Below are positions 27,306 through 40,575 of a stretch of DNA of 64,000 bases, one piece after another; position 1 is the first letter of the stretch, and each line of letters begins with the position of its first letter. Under the pieces are notes generated by a model. That model had not been told where the DNA came from. It saw nothing but the letters and a program-made list of their open reading frames with translations, and did no database searches. A program made the translations under genes and the position numbers. The DNA comes from Eledone cirrhosa (taxonomy: Eukaryota), in assembly GCA_964016885.1 (NCBI GenBank), contig OZ024745.1, positions 26,970,001 to 27,034,000 on the forward strand. The letters run 5' to 3'.

Positions 27306-27958
27306 CGGGTATGAATATAAGTATGTATGTAGGAGAATGTGTTTACATGTGTCAGTGTGCGTGCATGTGTGAATATGTGATATGTGCTTCTGTGCGTAGG
27401 GGACATGCTACATGTATGTGTATGTTTGTTTGGGTGGGAGTGTTAACGTTTGGATATAGGTTTATGAGTGTGTGTGTGTGTGTGTATGCGTGCGTGTATG
27501 TATTCGTGTGTGTGCGCGCGCGCACGTTTGTGTGTGACTATATAAGTGTGGGTGTGTGTATGTGTGCATGTCTGTGTATGTATGTATATATGTGCGAATA
27601 TACGTATGTGTGTATTCGTCTATGTGTGTGTATGTAGGGAAGGGGAGCTAATTTCCATCACGTAAATTATAATTATTTTTCTTGTTGAAATGTGTTGTAC
27701 GTATAAATGTGGATGTGTGTGTTCATGTATAATTATATATATGTATATATATATGTGTGTGTGTGTATGTGTATGTAATAGGCATGTGTGTGTATGTGTA
27801 TATCCGTGTGTGTATGTGTATGTGTATGTGTGCGCCAAAACGTGCTTACTTCTTAGATTATAAAAACTTGTATTGATTATATTTATGCAAATCTTTTGTC
27901 TGTCTATGTATACGTTGATATATGTGTGCATGATTTTCCTATGGTTTTGTAGCTGTAA

Positions 27959-27995
<37 letters not shown>

Positions 27996-28065
27996 CATAT
28001 GTGTGTGGGAGTGTGGGTGTGTACACACACATATATATATAAACATATATATATATATATACATA

Positions 28066-28106
<41 letters not shown>

Positions 28107-28145
28107 ATACATATATTTGAGTATATATATATATATTAACATATA

Positions 28146-28227
<82 letters not shown>

Positions 28228-28301
28228 TATGTATGTAAAAGGTAAACATATATATATATATTATTTAGGTATGTATGTCTAGATACCTAGATATATATAT
28301 G

Positions 28302-28335
<34 letters not shown>

Positions 28336-28353
28336 TCACACACACAGATATAC

Positions 28354-28423
<70 letters not shown>

Positions 28424-28847
28424 GCTCGTTTGTATTGGTGTAATTGTGTGAGTAAAAATGGTTTACGTATAAATATGTGAGCTTAATTAACTATGTGTCT
28501 CTATGTAGTTGAAGTTTGTCTTCTTTTTCTTTTCGTGAAATCGGGTCGCAACAAACTACAGCGTAACATATTTGCGGTGGGAGAAATATGTTTATGTGGA
28601 TTCATCTACATGCGTAGCTTTGCTTTTATTTATCTGTCTAATTTTCTATTTCCATCTGATTTTTGCGACTCTTTGTGAATATGTATCAATAGAATTGCAA
28701 CAAAAACGCACACAAATATATATATTTTTTTTTTTTTTATTCGTATATGTGTATCTATATATATGTGTGTATGTATATGTGTGTGTGTGTGTATGCGCGT
28801 GTGTGTGTGTGTATGTGTGTGTATGTGTATATATGTGTGTGTATGTG

Positions 28848-28938
<91 letters not shown>

Positions 28939-29004
28939 GTGTGTATGTGTATATATGTGTGTGTGTCTGTGTGTGTGTGTGTGTGTGTGAGTGTGAGAGA
29001 GAGA

Positions 29005-29160
29005 GTCCTGGGGGGGGGGGGGTAACCACAGTTAGGAAGGTACTGAATACATTAGTAGACTGAATACATTAGTAGACTGCAAACATCATGTTAAATATAG
29101 AAATGACTTCTACATGACTAGAGCTGTTTCATTCAAAAGAAATCATCAGGAAAGCCTGCA
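29005..29160 (-). mobile_element. Family Q' PLE terminus with HHR (29105-29156), abutting (GA)n
   Basis: CTGATGA-tttcttttgaat-GAAA-cag..atg-TA; tail homologous to 6600-6680 and 51882-52013. Confidence 0.75.
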
Positions 29161-29277
29161 ACGAATATAAAGGACTAAGTCTTTAATATGGCTTCAGCAA
29201 TATTGAGAATGTGGGGTTTATCCACATATCTATTTATCTTTCTACCAATCTATTTATCTATCTATCTATCTATCTAA

Positions 29278-29314
<37 letters not shown>

Positions 29315-31252
29315 GGTGGGGCCCTGATCAACTTGGATCAGTCTAAGGCTTTCGATAGGGTTGACCATCGTTACCTGGATGCGGTGCTCGAGGCAGCAGG
29401 CTTCTGACCCGTGTTCAGGCGCTGGATCGCTGCAATGCACAACAGCAACATCTGCTCAAGGGTCAAGGTGAACGGCTACCTCTCGGAGCCGTTCCATATT
29501 ACGCGATCCATTCGACAGGGATGCCCTCTCTCCTCCCTTCTGTACGTACTGACTCTCGAGCCACTACTGCGGAAGCTGGAGCTATTGCAGGGCATCCCTC
29601 TGGAACCGGGACTGCGGAAAGCGACGTCGGCCTACGCCGACGACGTGACAGTAATGGTCTCGAGCGCCTCGCAAATCGAGGAAGTCGGCACCTTACTGAA
29701 GCAATACGAAAGTCTCACAGGAGCGAAGCTGAACCGGGACAAGTCCATCGGTTTGAAACTCGGATCGTGGAGAGGCAGACCGATGCCTTCCGATGGCGTC
29801 GTCGGACGCTGGACGGAAGGACCGGTAAAGCTGCTCGGGGTTTGGTTTGGTCCGGACCTCCAGGTGGAGAAGAACTGGAACGAAGTGACGGCCAAGGTGT
29901 TTGCACTCACCCAGAAGTGGGCCGAGTGCAAACTATCCTTGAAAGGTCGGGCGGAGGTGGCGAACACTTTTATAGCGTCCGCCATCTACTACCGCTTGAC
30001 CGTCGTGCTTTGTCCAGCCAAAACGCTCGCCAAAATGGAGCGCGCGCGCTTCCGATTCCTTTGGAAGAGGCGGGCTCCTATGGTGAGAAGATCCATCTGC
30101 TGCCAACATCATTCTAACGGAGGGCTGGGGATGCCGTGGTTGACGATGCGCAAACACGCGCTCAGGCTGCGGCATCTCTACGTATTCCTCACCGGTGTGG
30201 GCGCCGTTCGTGAGGCGAGCCTTCCCACGACTCGTCTCGCTGACCGAGCTGCAGTCCTGGGTCAAACAAAGACCGAGGAAAATGGGCGACTGGCACATCG
30301 AATGTGCTCAGGCGCTCACAGCCCTCTGGCAGGCGGACCCGGCGATCAGTGGAGACTCCACTTCGTCATTCTATAGAGGGTTAGTCCGCATCAAGTGCGA
30401 CGACGCGCTCGGTGAAACTCTAGGCGTAGAGGAAGATGAACTGGCCAGTCTGTTCGGTAGGACCTTCCGCCCGGGACCGATGGACAACTTCCAAAAGTCC
30501 CTGGCCTGGCAGTGCTACCGAGGAGCTCTACCAGTTCGAGACAAGCTCTACAGACATGGGCGCCCGGGCAGGGACCCTGCAAAAAAGATCTGTCCGAGGT
30601 GCGTGCGAGACGAAGAAACCGTCGCGCACGCATTCATACACTGCCCGGGCGTCACTGACCTGTGGGGCTATGTAGAACGACTATTGTCGCGGGTGGGACC
30701 AGTCCAGTTGACCACCGAGTCCATTGTCATGATCAAACCGCCACCCTCCTTCAAAAATGAAGGAGAGGCGGTTTTCCTTTGTGTGATAGCTATGGCGAAA
30801 GAGGTTGTATGGTGGACAAGGTTGAAAGGGCTGAGGTCAGACACCTTTCTCTCCGGCCAACAACTGATTCTTTTTTTCAAATACCACTTTGGAAGAAGAA
30901 TCAGGATGGAGAGAGAGGTGCTGTACCCCAGCAAGTTTTATGAAAGGTGGGTGAAAGAGGCGAGAATGGCCCGAGTGAATGGGCCTTCTCTCTATATCAG
31001 CCTGTAGGTTGAGGAAAAGGAGGAGGAGAGGAAGGGAGTACAAACTCTTCGTACTCCTGGAGATGAGGGTTGCACATTTTTTTTCGGGGGTATGTGTTAC
31101 CCATATAAACTGTCTCCCTCTATTGGGGAAAATCGACTAACTTTTTAAATTCCATCTGTGATAACATTTTACACGTTTTTATTGTATGTAAACTTCCCCC
31201 CCCCCTTTGTATTTGTCCCCTTCTTTTGTGCCCCTGTGGCTAATAAAGAAAT
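29315..31252 (+). mobile_element. 5'-truncated L1/Tx1-type LINE (pseudogene) in a (TATC)n array
   Basis: RT motifs IRQGCPLS and AYADD plus a C-terminal CCHC; TGA near 29406 and a frameshifting deletion near 30195; AATAAA then (TATC)n. Confidence 0.93.
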
Positions 31253-31320
31253 ATATCTATCTATCTATCTATCTATCTATTTATCTATCTATCTAACTAT
31301 CTATCTATCTAACTATCTAT

Positions 31321-31352
<32 letters not shown>

Positions 31353-31359
31353 CTATCTA

Positions 31360-34300
31360 TTCTCTTCACCACCAACATGGCTATGCTAAGAGTAGGCTGT
31401 TTAAATGCGCGTGGCCTGGGCTCAACTTGGAAGCAAGCAATGCTTCTAAATGACCTCAGGTCACAACGTATAGATGTGATGGTTATTTGCGAGGCCCGGA
31501 TCAGCAACGTGCGACAGCTGGCCCCCACCTTTGATGACTTTGAGATGCACGCATCTCTCTGTCAGCCTGGAGGTGGGGGTGGAGTTGTCGTTCTGCTGCA
31601 AAAACATCTGGGTCTCGCAACACAGATGGTACATTTGGACCCGGAGGGTCGACTAGTGGTTCTGGACCTTGGCAGTGGTAAAGGCGGAGCGTTTAGGTTG
31701 GTAGCCGCCTACGGCCCTTTCGGGTCAATGCGGCCGGACTTCTTCCATCGTCTGGAGACTTTTCTAGGGACGTCCCGCTCCTTGCTATTAGTGGGGGACT
31801 GGAATGGTATCCTAGATGCACGCTGGGACTACGTAGGGGCCTGCCCCGATAGAGAGGGGTGTAATAGCCTCAAAGGGTTAATCGGTCGATTTGACCTGGC
31901 CGATAGATATCGACTAGATTTTCCGACTGCGCCAACCTGGACTTGGGCAAATCGTAGCGGATCATCTAGGTCGTACCTAGATAGGTTCTTAGTTAGAATT
32001 AAGGATAAGGACTTTTTAAGTTGTCCAAAAATGCGCATTGTTGGCTATTCAGACCACAAATTAGTGACCTGCATGGTCAACCTTGACAGAACTCATAGAC
32101 AGGGCCCCGGTTACTGGAAGCTCAACTTGTCCTTGCCGGCAAGTAGAGCCTACAGGAATCGGATTAGTACGTTAGTTAAGGAACGGTTGACTGGAGCGAT
32201 CGTCAACAGCAGGTGGTGGGTATCTCTAAAGAGAGAGATTAGAGTAGTCTCGATAGAATTTAGTAAGGTTCTAGCTGCGGATAGGAATAGGAAGGAAAGG
32301 GAGCTAATAGATAGAGTAGAAGAGGCAATTAGAAGCGGCGACGTGGCCAGAGTGCTAGCGTCGAGAACGGCGTTGAGCCAGTTTTTCGACGCGAAGCACG
32401 AAGGCTGCGTTGTCCGAAGTAAAATACGTGCTCTAGGGAACGAGGGGACCAAAGCTGTTAGCTGGGCCCGCGTGACAGAGGCCAACAGTGGAACTAAATC
32501 CACCATCCGGTCTTTGCGAGACCTGGATGGACGGGCGATTCTTGAGCCTAAGCAGATGTGTGAGGCCTTTCAAAGGCACTTTGCCCGACTGTTCGGGAGG
32601 GGCGGGGAGCCGGTTGGGAACGTGGACTTCGGTCCATACCTCGACGGCCTGCCGCGCCTCTCGGACAGGGAGGCGAAGTCCTGCGAGGAGCCGATTTCGG
32701 CCGCTGAGATAGAGGACGTGCTGAGCCAATGCGGCAAACGCAAATCCCCGGGTCTCGATGGTCTTCCTTACGAATTATATCTAGCTATGCCGGACTTGTT
32801 CCCCGATCTCCTCGAGGCGGTCTACTGCAACTGGCAACAGAACGGGAGAATTCCCTGTACTGTGACCAAGGGCGTAGTCACGCTAGTGAGGAAGGACGAG
32901 AACAAGGGGGACGAAATAAGTAACTTCAGGCCCATAACACTGCTAAATACAGAGTTACAGATTTTGGCCAAGGTGCTAGCAAAGAGGTTGGCGCTTGTCG
33001 TGGGCAACCTGGTGGGAGATGCGCAGACATGCGCTATCCCGTCCAGGTCCATCCATGACAACCTCCACCTCATGCGATACATCATAGAGAGGGTTGGGAA
33101 CGAACCCGGCTTTGGTGGGGCTCTGATCAACTTGGATCAATCTAAGGCGTTCGATAGGGTCGACCATGGTTACCTGGATGCGGTGCTAGCGGCGGCAGGC
33201 TTCGGACCCGTTTTCAGGGGCTGGATCACTGCTATGCACAGCAGCCGCATCTGCTCTAGGGTCAAGGTGAACGGCTACCTCTCGGAGCCGTTCAAAATCG
33301 AGCGGTCCATCCGACAAGGGTGCCCTCTCTCCTCCCTTCTGTATGTGTTGACTCTCGAGCCACTACTGCGGAAGTTGGAGTTGTTGCAGGGCATCCCTTT
33401 GGAACCGGGATTGCGGAAAGCGGTGTCGGCCTACGCCGATGACGTGACAGTAATGGTGTCGACGGCCTCCGAAATCGAGGCGGTCGGCACCTTACTGGAG
33501 GAGTACGAAAAGTTCACAGGGGCTAAGCTGAACCGGGACAAGTCGATCGGTTTGCAACTCGGCACGTGGAGGGGCAGACCGATGCCCTCCGATAGCGTCG
33601 TCGGACGCTGGACGGAGGGCCCGGTGAAGTTGCTCGGGGTCTGGTTCGGACCGGACCTCCAGGTGGAGAAAAACTGGGCGGAGGTTACGAACAGGGTGTT
33701 TGCACTGACCCAGAAGTGGGCCAGTTGCAAACTATCCCTGAAAGGTCGGGCGGAGGTGGCGAACACCTACATAGCGTCCGTCATCTACTACCGCCTGACC
33801 GTAGTGCCCTGCCCAAGGGAAACCCTCACCAAGATGGAGCGCGCGCTCTTCCAATTCCTTTGGAAGAGGCGGGCTCCTATGGTGAGGAGATCCATCTGCT
33901 GTCAACACCCTTCGAAAGGAGGGCTGGGGATGCCGTGGCTAATGATGCGTAAACACGCATTAAGGCTACGGCACCTCTACGTATTCCTCACCGGACAACC
34001 GGTGTGGGCCTCGTTTGTGAGACGAACCTTTCCCAGACTCGTCTCACTCACCGAGCTGCAATCCTGGGTCAAGCAAAGACCGAGAAAACTGGGCGCCTGG
34101 CACACTGAGTGTGCCCAGGCGCTCACCGCCCTCTGGCAGGCGGATCCGGTTATCAGTGGAGACTCCACCGCAACATTCTATAGAGGGCTGGTACGCAGCA
34201 GGTGCGACGACGCCCTCGGAGAAGCCCTAGACATGGAGGAGGACGAACTGGCCAGCCTGTTCGGTAGGACATTCAGCCCGGGACCTATGGACAACTTCCA

Positions 34301-35077
34301 GAAGTCCCTGGCCTGGCAGTGCTACCGAGGGGCTTTACCCGTTCGAGAAAGGCTCTACAGACACGGGCGCCCGGGAAGGGACCCCGCCAAAAAGATCTGT
34401 CCCAGATGCGTGTGCGACGAGGAAACCGTTGCACACGCATTGGTACACTGCTCGGGCGTAGCCGATCTGTGGGGCTATGTCGAACAACTGCTGTCAAGGG
34501 TGGGACCGATCCGGTTGACCACCGAGTCGATTGTAATGATCAAGCCGCCTCCCCCCTTCAAAGATGAAGCAGAGGCGGTGTTTCTGTGCGTAATAGCCAT
34601 GGCGAAAGAGGTTGTATGGTGGACGCGTCTGAAAGGACTGAGGTCAGGCACCTTTCTCTCTGGCCAACAACTGGTCCGTTTCTTCCGATATCATTTCGGA
34701 AGAAGGATCAGGATGGAGAGAGAGGTGCTGCACCCCAGCCGTTTCTATGAAAGATGGGTGAAAGTGGCGAGAATGGCCCGTGTGAATGGGCCTTCACTCT
34801 ACATCAGACTATAGGTGAGGAAGATAAAAGACCAAGGGAGCACCCCTTCTCTGTGCTCCTGAGGAGAAGGGTTGCACACTTTTTTCGGGGGTGTGTGCGA
34901 CCCCCCAAGGCGCCTCCTCTCTATTGAGGATTTTGTTAAAAATTTTATTTTTTGTTATATCTTATTTTATTTTTATATTTTGTTATTGCCTTCTCCTTAT
35001 TGAGGACGCCTTTTTGTGTAAACTCCCCCCTTTGTACTTGTCCCACTTTTGATGCCCTAGTGGCAAATAAAAGAAAT
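31360..35077 (+). mobile_element. L1/Tx1-type LINE with intact ORF in a (TATC)n array
   Basis: Flanked by (TATC)n; 3' UTR ends gtggcaaataaaagaaat. Confidence 0.93.
31377..34814 (+). CDS. APE endonuclease - reverse transcriptase - zinc-knuckle polyprotein (~1145 aa)
   Basis: LNARGL, GDWN, YLDRF, SDH (APE); PGLDG, FRPITLLN, DQSKAFDRV, QGCPLS, YADD (RT); CPRC..H..HC; strong Kozak context caacATGG; no stops. Confidence 0.95.
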   Translation: MAMLRVGCLNARGLGSTWKQAMLLNDLRSQRIDVMVICEARISNVRQLAPTFDDFEMHASLCQPGGGGGVVVLLQKHLGLATQMVHLDPEGRLVVLDLGSGKGGAFRLVAAYGPFGSMRPDFFHRLETFLGTSRSLLLVGDWNGILDARWDYVGACPDREGCNSLKGLIGRFDLADRYRLDFPTAPTWTWANRSGSSRSYLDRFLVRIKDKDFLSCPKMRIVGYSDHKLVTCMVNLDRTHRQGPGYWKLNLSLPASRAYRNRISTLVKERLTGAIVNSRWWVSLKREIRVVSIEFSKVLAADRNRKERELIDRVEEAIRSGDVARVLASRTALSQFFDAKHEGCVVRSKIRALGNEGTKAVSWARVTEANSGTKSTIRSLRDLDGRAILEPKQMCEAFQRHFARLFGRGGEPVGNVDFGPYLDGLPRLSDREAKSCEEPISAAEIEDVLSQCGKRKSPGLDGLPYELYLAMPDLFPDLLEAVYCNWQQNGRIPCTVTKGVVTLVRKDENKGDEISNFRPITLLNTELQILAKVLAKRLALVVGNLVGDAQTCAIPSRSIHDNLHLMRYIIERVGNEPGFGGALINLDQSKAFDRVDHGYLDAVLAAAGFGPVFRGWITAMHSSRICSRVKVNGYLSEPFKIERSIRQGCPLSSLLYVLTLEPLLRKLELLQGIPLEPGLRKAVSAYADDVTVMVSTASEIEAVGTLLEEYEKFTGAKLNRDKSIGLQLGTWRGRPMPSDSVVGRWTEGPVKLLGVWFGPDLQVEKNWAEVTNRVFALTQKWASCKLSLKGRAEVANTYIASVIYYRLTVVPCPRETLTKMERALFQFLWKRRAPMVRRSICCQHPSKGGLGMPWLMMRKHALRLRHLYVFLTGQPVWASFVRRTFPRLVSLTELQSWVKQRPRKLGAWHTECAQALTALWQADPVISGDSTATFYRGLVRSRCDDALGEALDMEEDELASLFGRTFSPGPMDNFQKSLAWQCYRGALPVRERLYRHGRPGRDPAKKICPRCVCDEETVAHALVHCSGVADLWGYVEQLLSRVGPIRLTTESIVMIKPPPPFKDEAEAVFLCVIAMAKEVVWWTRLKGLRSGTFLSGQQLVRFFRYHFGRRIRMEREVLHPSRFYERWVKVARMARVNGPSLYIRL

Positions 35078-35267
35078 ATATCTATTTATCTATCTATATG
35101 TCTGTCTGTCAATATCTCGAATTGTTTGTTAAACTATCTCCTGTAATAAAACATATTTTAAAAGGCGGTATAATTTGAATTCTCAAACCTGATGTTAACA
35201 CATTCAATAATAGCTTAGGGTTGTAGTTCTCTCACACATACATCTCTCTAACGTAAATATACACATA

Positions 35268-35481
35268 ATGGTTTCTGATTTAGGCACACGGCCAACCATT
35301 TTGGTGGAGGGGAAAGTCGATTTAATCGACCTCAGTGCATTACTGGTACTTATTTGTCGACCCCGAAAGGATGAAAGGCAAGGCAAATCTCGGCGGGATT
35401 TGAACTCAGAATATAAAGGGATGTAAGTATTTCGCGAAGCATGGTGTCTGACGCTCTGCGATTTCGCCAATCCACTACCCT
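35268..35481 (-). mobile_element. tRNA-SINE, longer subfamily
   Basis: Consensus match; cgtaaatatacacat duplicated at both flanks. Confidence 0.88.
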
Positions 35482-36029
35482 CGTAAATATACACATGGCA
35501 TGATGGAAACGTAAGTATCAGTGACGTAAAGGGTCCAAATCATTCGATTACACATTAATCTAAATCATCGTTTAATTTTCTTTTAAACACATATACACAC
35601 ACACATGCATAGATGTATACACATGCACAAACATGCATTTATGTGTGCATGTATGTATGCGTGTGCATGCTCTTAAAGAAGATTTGAACAATAGAAATGC
35701 AATCCATATATATGTTCATGCTTTAAAGAGAATAAATGGTCGATCATTGAGTATCTCAACGTTTGCTTTCTTATTCTTTTTGTGAGAAAATAGTAACAGT
35801 CTTGTGTAATTCTCATGATTAATTCAGTCATAGCGCTTGCTATTTTCAAAGGGCCGATTTCCAGATAATATGTGAATATATTTTTGCTAAATATTTTATA
35901 ACTCATAGAAACACGAATAAAATTTCCCATTTAATTATATTTTATGTAAAACATGGTAAATGCTGTTGAGCGGCTTGGTAAATTTCCAGGTTACAAAGGA
36001 GTATTATTTTTAATGGAAAGAATCGCCCT

Positions 36030-36640
36030 ATCATTGGCACAAGGCTGGTAATTTGGGAGAAGAGGACAGTCGAATATATCTAGCCAGGTACTTAATTCGT
36101 GCTTATTTTATCGACCCTGAAAGAATTAAAGGTAAAATTGACTTCCAAAAAAAAAAAAAAAAAATTATTTTCTTTTTAGTTTCTTCTTTTGCCAGGTAGA
36201 AGGAAGTTGGAATGTAGCAAAAGAAAAAGTTGCTTACTAGCAAATATTAAACTAGCTAATCCATAAAACAAGTTTATAGTGTTAATCAATAGAAATATTT
36301 CTAGAGTTATTATTACGGTTTTAGTTATGTGGCAAAACATATATAGCGACATCTTTGACGTGTTAAATTTTCTGTTTTCTATATTTAGAAAAATCTGCTT
36401 CCCTAAACAAGCAAATCATGATTTCTAATTTAGGCACATGGCCTGCAGTTTGTGGGGAGGGGGAAGTTTATTATATCGATCATAGTATTTGACTGGTATT
36501 TTATTTTATCGGCCCCAGGAGAATGCAAACAAAGTTCAGCTAACCAGAATTTGACATCGACATCAAAATGCAAAGGACCAAAACGAATACCGCAAAACAT
36601 TTTGTGCGACGCTCTACCGATTCATCAAATCCGCCTCCCT
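36030..36640 (-). mobile_element. Two old SINE copies (36030-36145 and 36420-36640)
   Basis: Degenerate ggcac, tttatcg and gacgctctaccgatt motifs. Confidence 0.7.
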
Positions 36641-36641
36641 A

Positions 36642-36916
36642 AGCAAGTGAAATAATAAAAGAAAACCAGATATAGAACACATGTGGAACACAATGGCTAT
36701 ATATAATAAACACCTTTAAAAAATCTTATTAAACTGAACACAATATACATTACTGATAATCATGAACTATCACTAATAATATATTACATAAGCACAAGCA
36801 TTTTTAAATACTTTTTCTCAACATCAAACGAAAAGCCGGCAAGTCAATGAATAGACTTTGTGTCACATTATTTATAAGTCCCACCATGAAATTTGAAAAC
36901 ATATTGTTATTAGTTT

Positions 36917-36919
<3 letters not shown>
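36642..36919 (+). repeat. Non-repeat-looking segment duplicated in inverted orientation at 41787-42068
   Basis: Reverse-complement match with about 4 differences. Confidence 0.93.
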
Positions 36920-36972
<53 letters not shown>

Positions 36973-36974
<2 letters not shown>

Positions 36975-37097
36975 CGAAGGAAATGTGGTAAGGAACCAGG
37001 TGGACCATAACGCACCAAAGTACTCAATACTCAATGAGTCCAGAATTAGCCGTCGAAACGGCTTGAGCTCAGCTGTCGGGGTCTTACTGGTTCCTAT
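36973..37097. mobile_element. Family H two-ended element, copy 3
   Basis: Minus-strand tail joined to plus-strand ATGA-gtc..GAAA-cggc..gctg-TC-ggggtc..TTCCTAT. Confidence 0.85.
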
Positions 37098-37189
37098 ATA
37101 TATATATATATATGTATATATCGGGGGGGGGGGGGGTATTTGTATATATATATATATATATACATGTATGTATAAATATATATATATAC

Positions 37190-37227
<38 letters not shown>

Positions 37228-37254
37228 GTGTGAGGGGGGGGGGGGGTATTTGTG

Positions 37255-37287
<33 letters not shown>

Positions 37288-37346
37288 ATAAATATATATA
37301 TATACACATATATAATAATATATATATATATGGGGGGGGGTATTTG

Positions 37347-37379
<33 letters not shown>

Positions 37380-37383
37380 ATAA

Positions 37384-37460
<77 letters not shown>

Positions 37461-37530
37461 TATATATATGTATATATATATGTATATATATACATATATA
37501 TATACATGAATATATATATATACATGTATG

Positions 37531-37612
<82 letters not shown>

Positions 37613-37614
37613 TA

Positions 37615-37668
<54 letters not shown>

Positions 37669-37753
37669 TATATATGTATATATATACATGTATATATATA
37701 TGTATATATATACATATATATATACATATATATATGTCTATATATATATATAT

Positions 37754-37785
<32 letters not shown>

Positions 37786-37792
37786 ATGTCTA

Positions 37793-37840
<48 letters not shown>

Positions 37841-37927
37841 TATATATGTATATATATACATGTATATATATATGTATATATATACATATATATATACATA
37901 TATATATGTCTATATATATATATATAT

Positions 37928-37996
<69 letters not shown>

Positions 37997-38043
37997 CATA
38001 CACGTGTATATATATATATGTATATATATATATTTATACATAC

Positions 38044-38074
<31 letters not shown>

Positions 38075-38092
38075 CAAATACCCCTCCCCCCT

Positions 38093-38134
<42 letters not shown>

Positions 38135-38705
38135 TTTAGCGAGGTTTTTTATATGAAATCGTGTGTCGAAACAGATATTGTTATACTTGGGGAGGGTCAT
38201 ATTTGCGTAATATTGCCAGAATTAATAACAGAACACACTCACTGTTTGGTTGGTTTTCGCTTCTCGCTGTCTTTTATATCTGCGATCTAACTTACTCGGT
38301 CCTCAATGTTGCCATTGACTGACCGACGGTCAAAAATAATACAGATACAATATAGACACAAACACATATATATAGTTTACATAATTTACATAAATCTTTC
38401 GTTGCACATCTGCAACATCGTCAGTGGTGTTATATTCTTTGTTCCTCCTGTTGTGTTGTATGTCTACGCCATTTTTTATTCAGTCTGTCTATATATTTAT
38501 TTATTTATTTGCTTGTTTGTTTATTTTATTTTATTTTATCTTCTTTGCGCATGCGTTTGCGTGTGTGTATAGTGTTATGTGTGCTGTGTGACTAGTGTGT
38601 ATAGTGTTGTGTCTGCTGGGTGACTAGTGTGTGTTTATGTGCTTGTTGTTATTGTGCTTGTGTATGTATTTATTTATCTTATATTATTTTATTTTATTTA
38701 CTTAT

Positions 38706-40575
38706 TTATACTTCTCTTAGGTCAGTGTTGTTTGTTTGGGTGTTGTTGTTGTTCCACTCATTCTTTCTGTTTAGCTTTGGTCTTCTAATTTCTATTTCAC
38801 TGGCCTCTCTGATTTGCCTATCTGCTGGGTCATTCCTATGTTTAGATATTATTCTAATTTCTATGTTGTCTATGTTACCGTCATGTTGTTGTCTAGCATG
38901 TTCGTATAGTACTGACCCGTTTTTTCGTCCTTTTAGTTCCCCCCAGTGTTGGTCTATCCTTTCACCTATGCTACGAGCTGTCTCACCTATGTATGTTGTT
39001 GTCATGTTTCTGCAAGTACCCTCTGTACATCTCATGCTATAGACTACGTTTCTAGTTTTACAGTTTATCCGGGGGTTCACCTTACATATGATACATTTCC
39101 TATTGGTACAGTGGGTTTTCTTAAAAGGGTAGGTTTTGCTGATCAGGGATTTTCCTGGCTTTTCTACCACCTTTATTTTTAAGTGGGTCTTACTCAGGGC
39201 CTTTCTACACTGGTTAGCTAATTTCCCTCCAGGGGTGGCGTCCACAAGTAATGACACTCTGATATCTCTGGTTGTCGTACCATGATGTGGCCTTCCCTAT
39301 CTTATGTCTAGCCCTATCTAAGCTATTCCATGATTTGATCCTGTATAGTGGGCAAACTCCTTTCATGTCCAGTTCTATGAGGGTCTTATACTTTTCCATG
39401 GCTCCTTCGTATACTCTGACTCTGTCTCTTTGGTTGTAGCCAGAGAACTGCATGCGGTTGATGAAGTGTTGGATGTGTCTTTCCATTTCTGTTGGGTCGC
39501 ACATGCTGGACACATTCTTCATCACTCGTACCAAATCTGCGATCAGAATATTAAACTTAGCACTACTGGACATTGCTGAGTTTTTGAGTATCAGGTATTT
39601 GGAGGCCATGGGTTTAGCATAGTGTGAGTGGAGAATTTGGGCTCTCTCGTCTATAGTGTTAATCCAGAGTTCTGTGTCTAATACAGGTAGTCTATTGTTA
39701 GGGTGTTTGGAAGGGAAGTCGATAGTTACAGTTATACTCTGGTGTATAGAATTAGCTATCTGCTAGATGCTTTCCATCGTGCTCCGTTCTAAATCAAACT
39801 TGTTAGTGCTCTCTAGTGGGGGTGTTCTTATAACTATATTGATATCGTCTACATAACGAGAGTACATGATGAGGTCTATGGAGCTTTCATTAAGGAGATC
39901 TTTAAGTCTCCTTTCCCACCATACCATGAAAAGGTTGGCAACATCACCAGCTATGCTGACGCCGATGGCTGCTCCCTCATTTTGGGTGTAGATTTTCTCA
40001 TTGAACTTAAATATGTGGCCCTTTAGGGTAGTTTTGATACTAGCCCCTATTGCATGTGCGACCATTTTTCTTACCTGATCAGTGTTTTGGGGGGTCCGTA
40101 TAGCTTTGGTCCACCCAATCCACCTTCCTATGGGAGTCTTTTTTGCCATTGAGGTTATGGTGGGGGGTCTACCTCTTATAGGTCTACTAGGGCAGAAACA
40201 TCTAAGGTCATGGCTGTCTAGGTAGTCAGTGTCGTAGGTAAGTCTAAGTAGGAGGCCCAGTTCGTCTGTGTCGACGTCGCAGAACTCCACCTCACTCTCA
40301 ATGAACATCTCCACACATCTTTTCACAGCAAAATCAATGTTAATGGATGGGTACAGTGACACCACATCCATGCTGCCTATTATGCAGTTGGATAGGCTCC
40401 TGTTTTTGTTGCACTCACTGATTCTGCTGAGGAGGTCCTCTGTACTTTCACATACATCTGGGGACATCTTGATTATGGGGCGTATAACCATTGAGAGGAA
40501 GTAGGAGATCCTGTAGTTGCTAGCTATATTAGCTCCGCATACGGGTCTTGTTGGTGGTCCTGTTGTCGGGTCGTC
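38706..40575 (-). pseudogene. PLE RT-GIY-YIG ORF, 5' truncated, with one TAG and a frameshift
   Basis: TRPVCGA, SMDVVSLYPSI, GAAIG, RYVDD, LPVLD, CxxxxCxxC, YIGETAR. Confidence 0.9.

Noticed and set aside
31158-31376. N-terminal extension of the 1218-aa ORF
   Set aside because: Reads through the previous copy's 3' UTR and (TATC)n; the likely start is the ATG at 31377.
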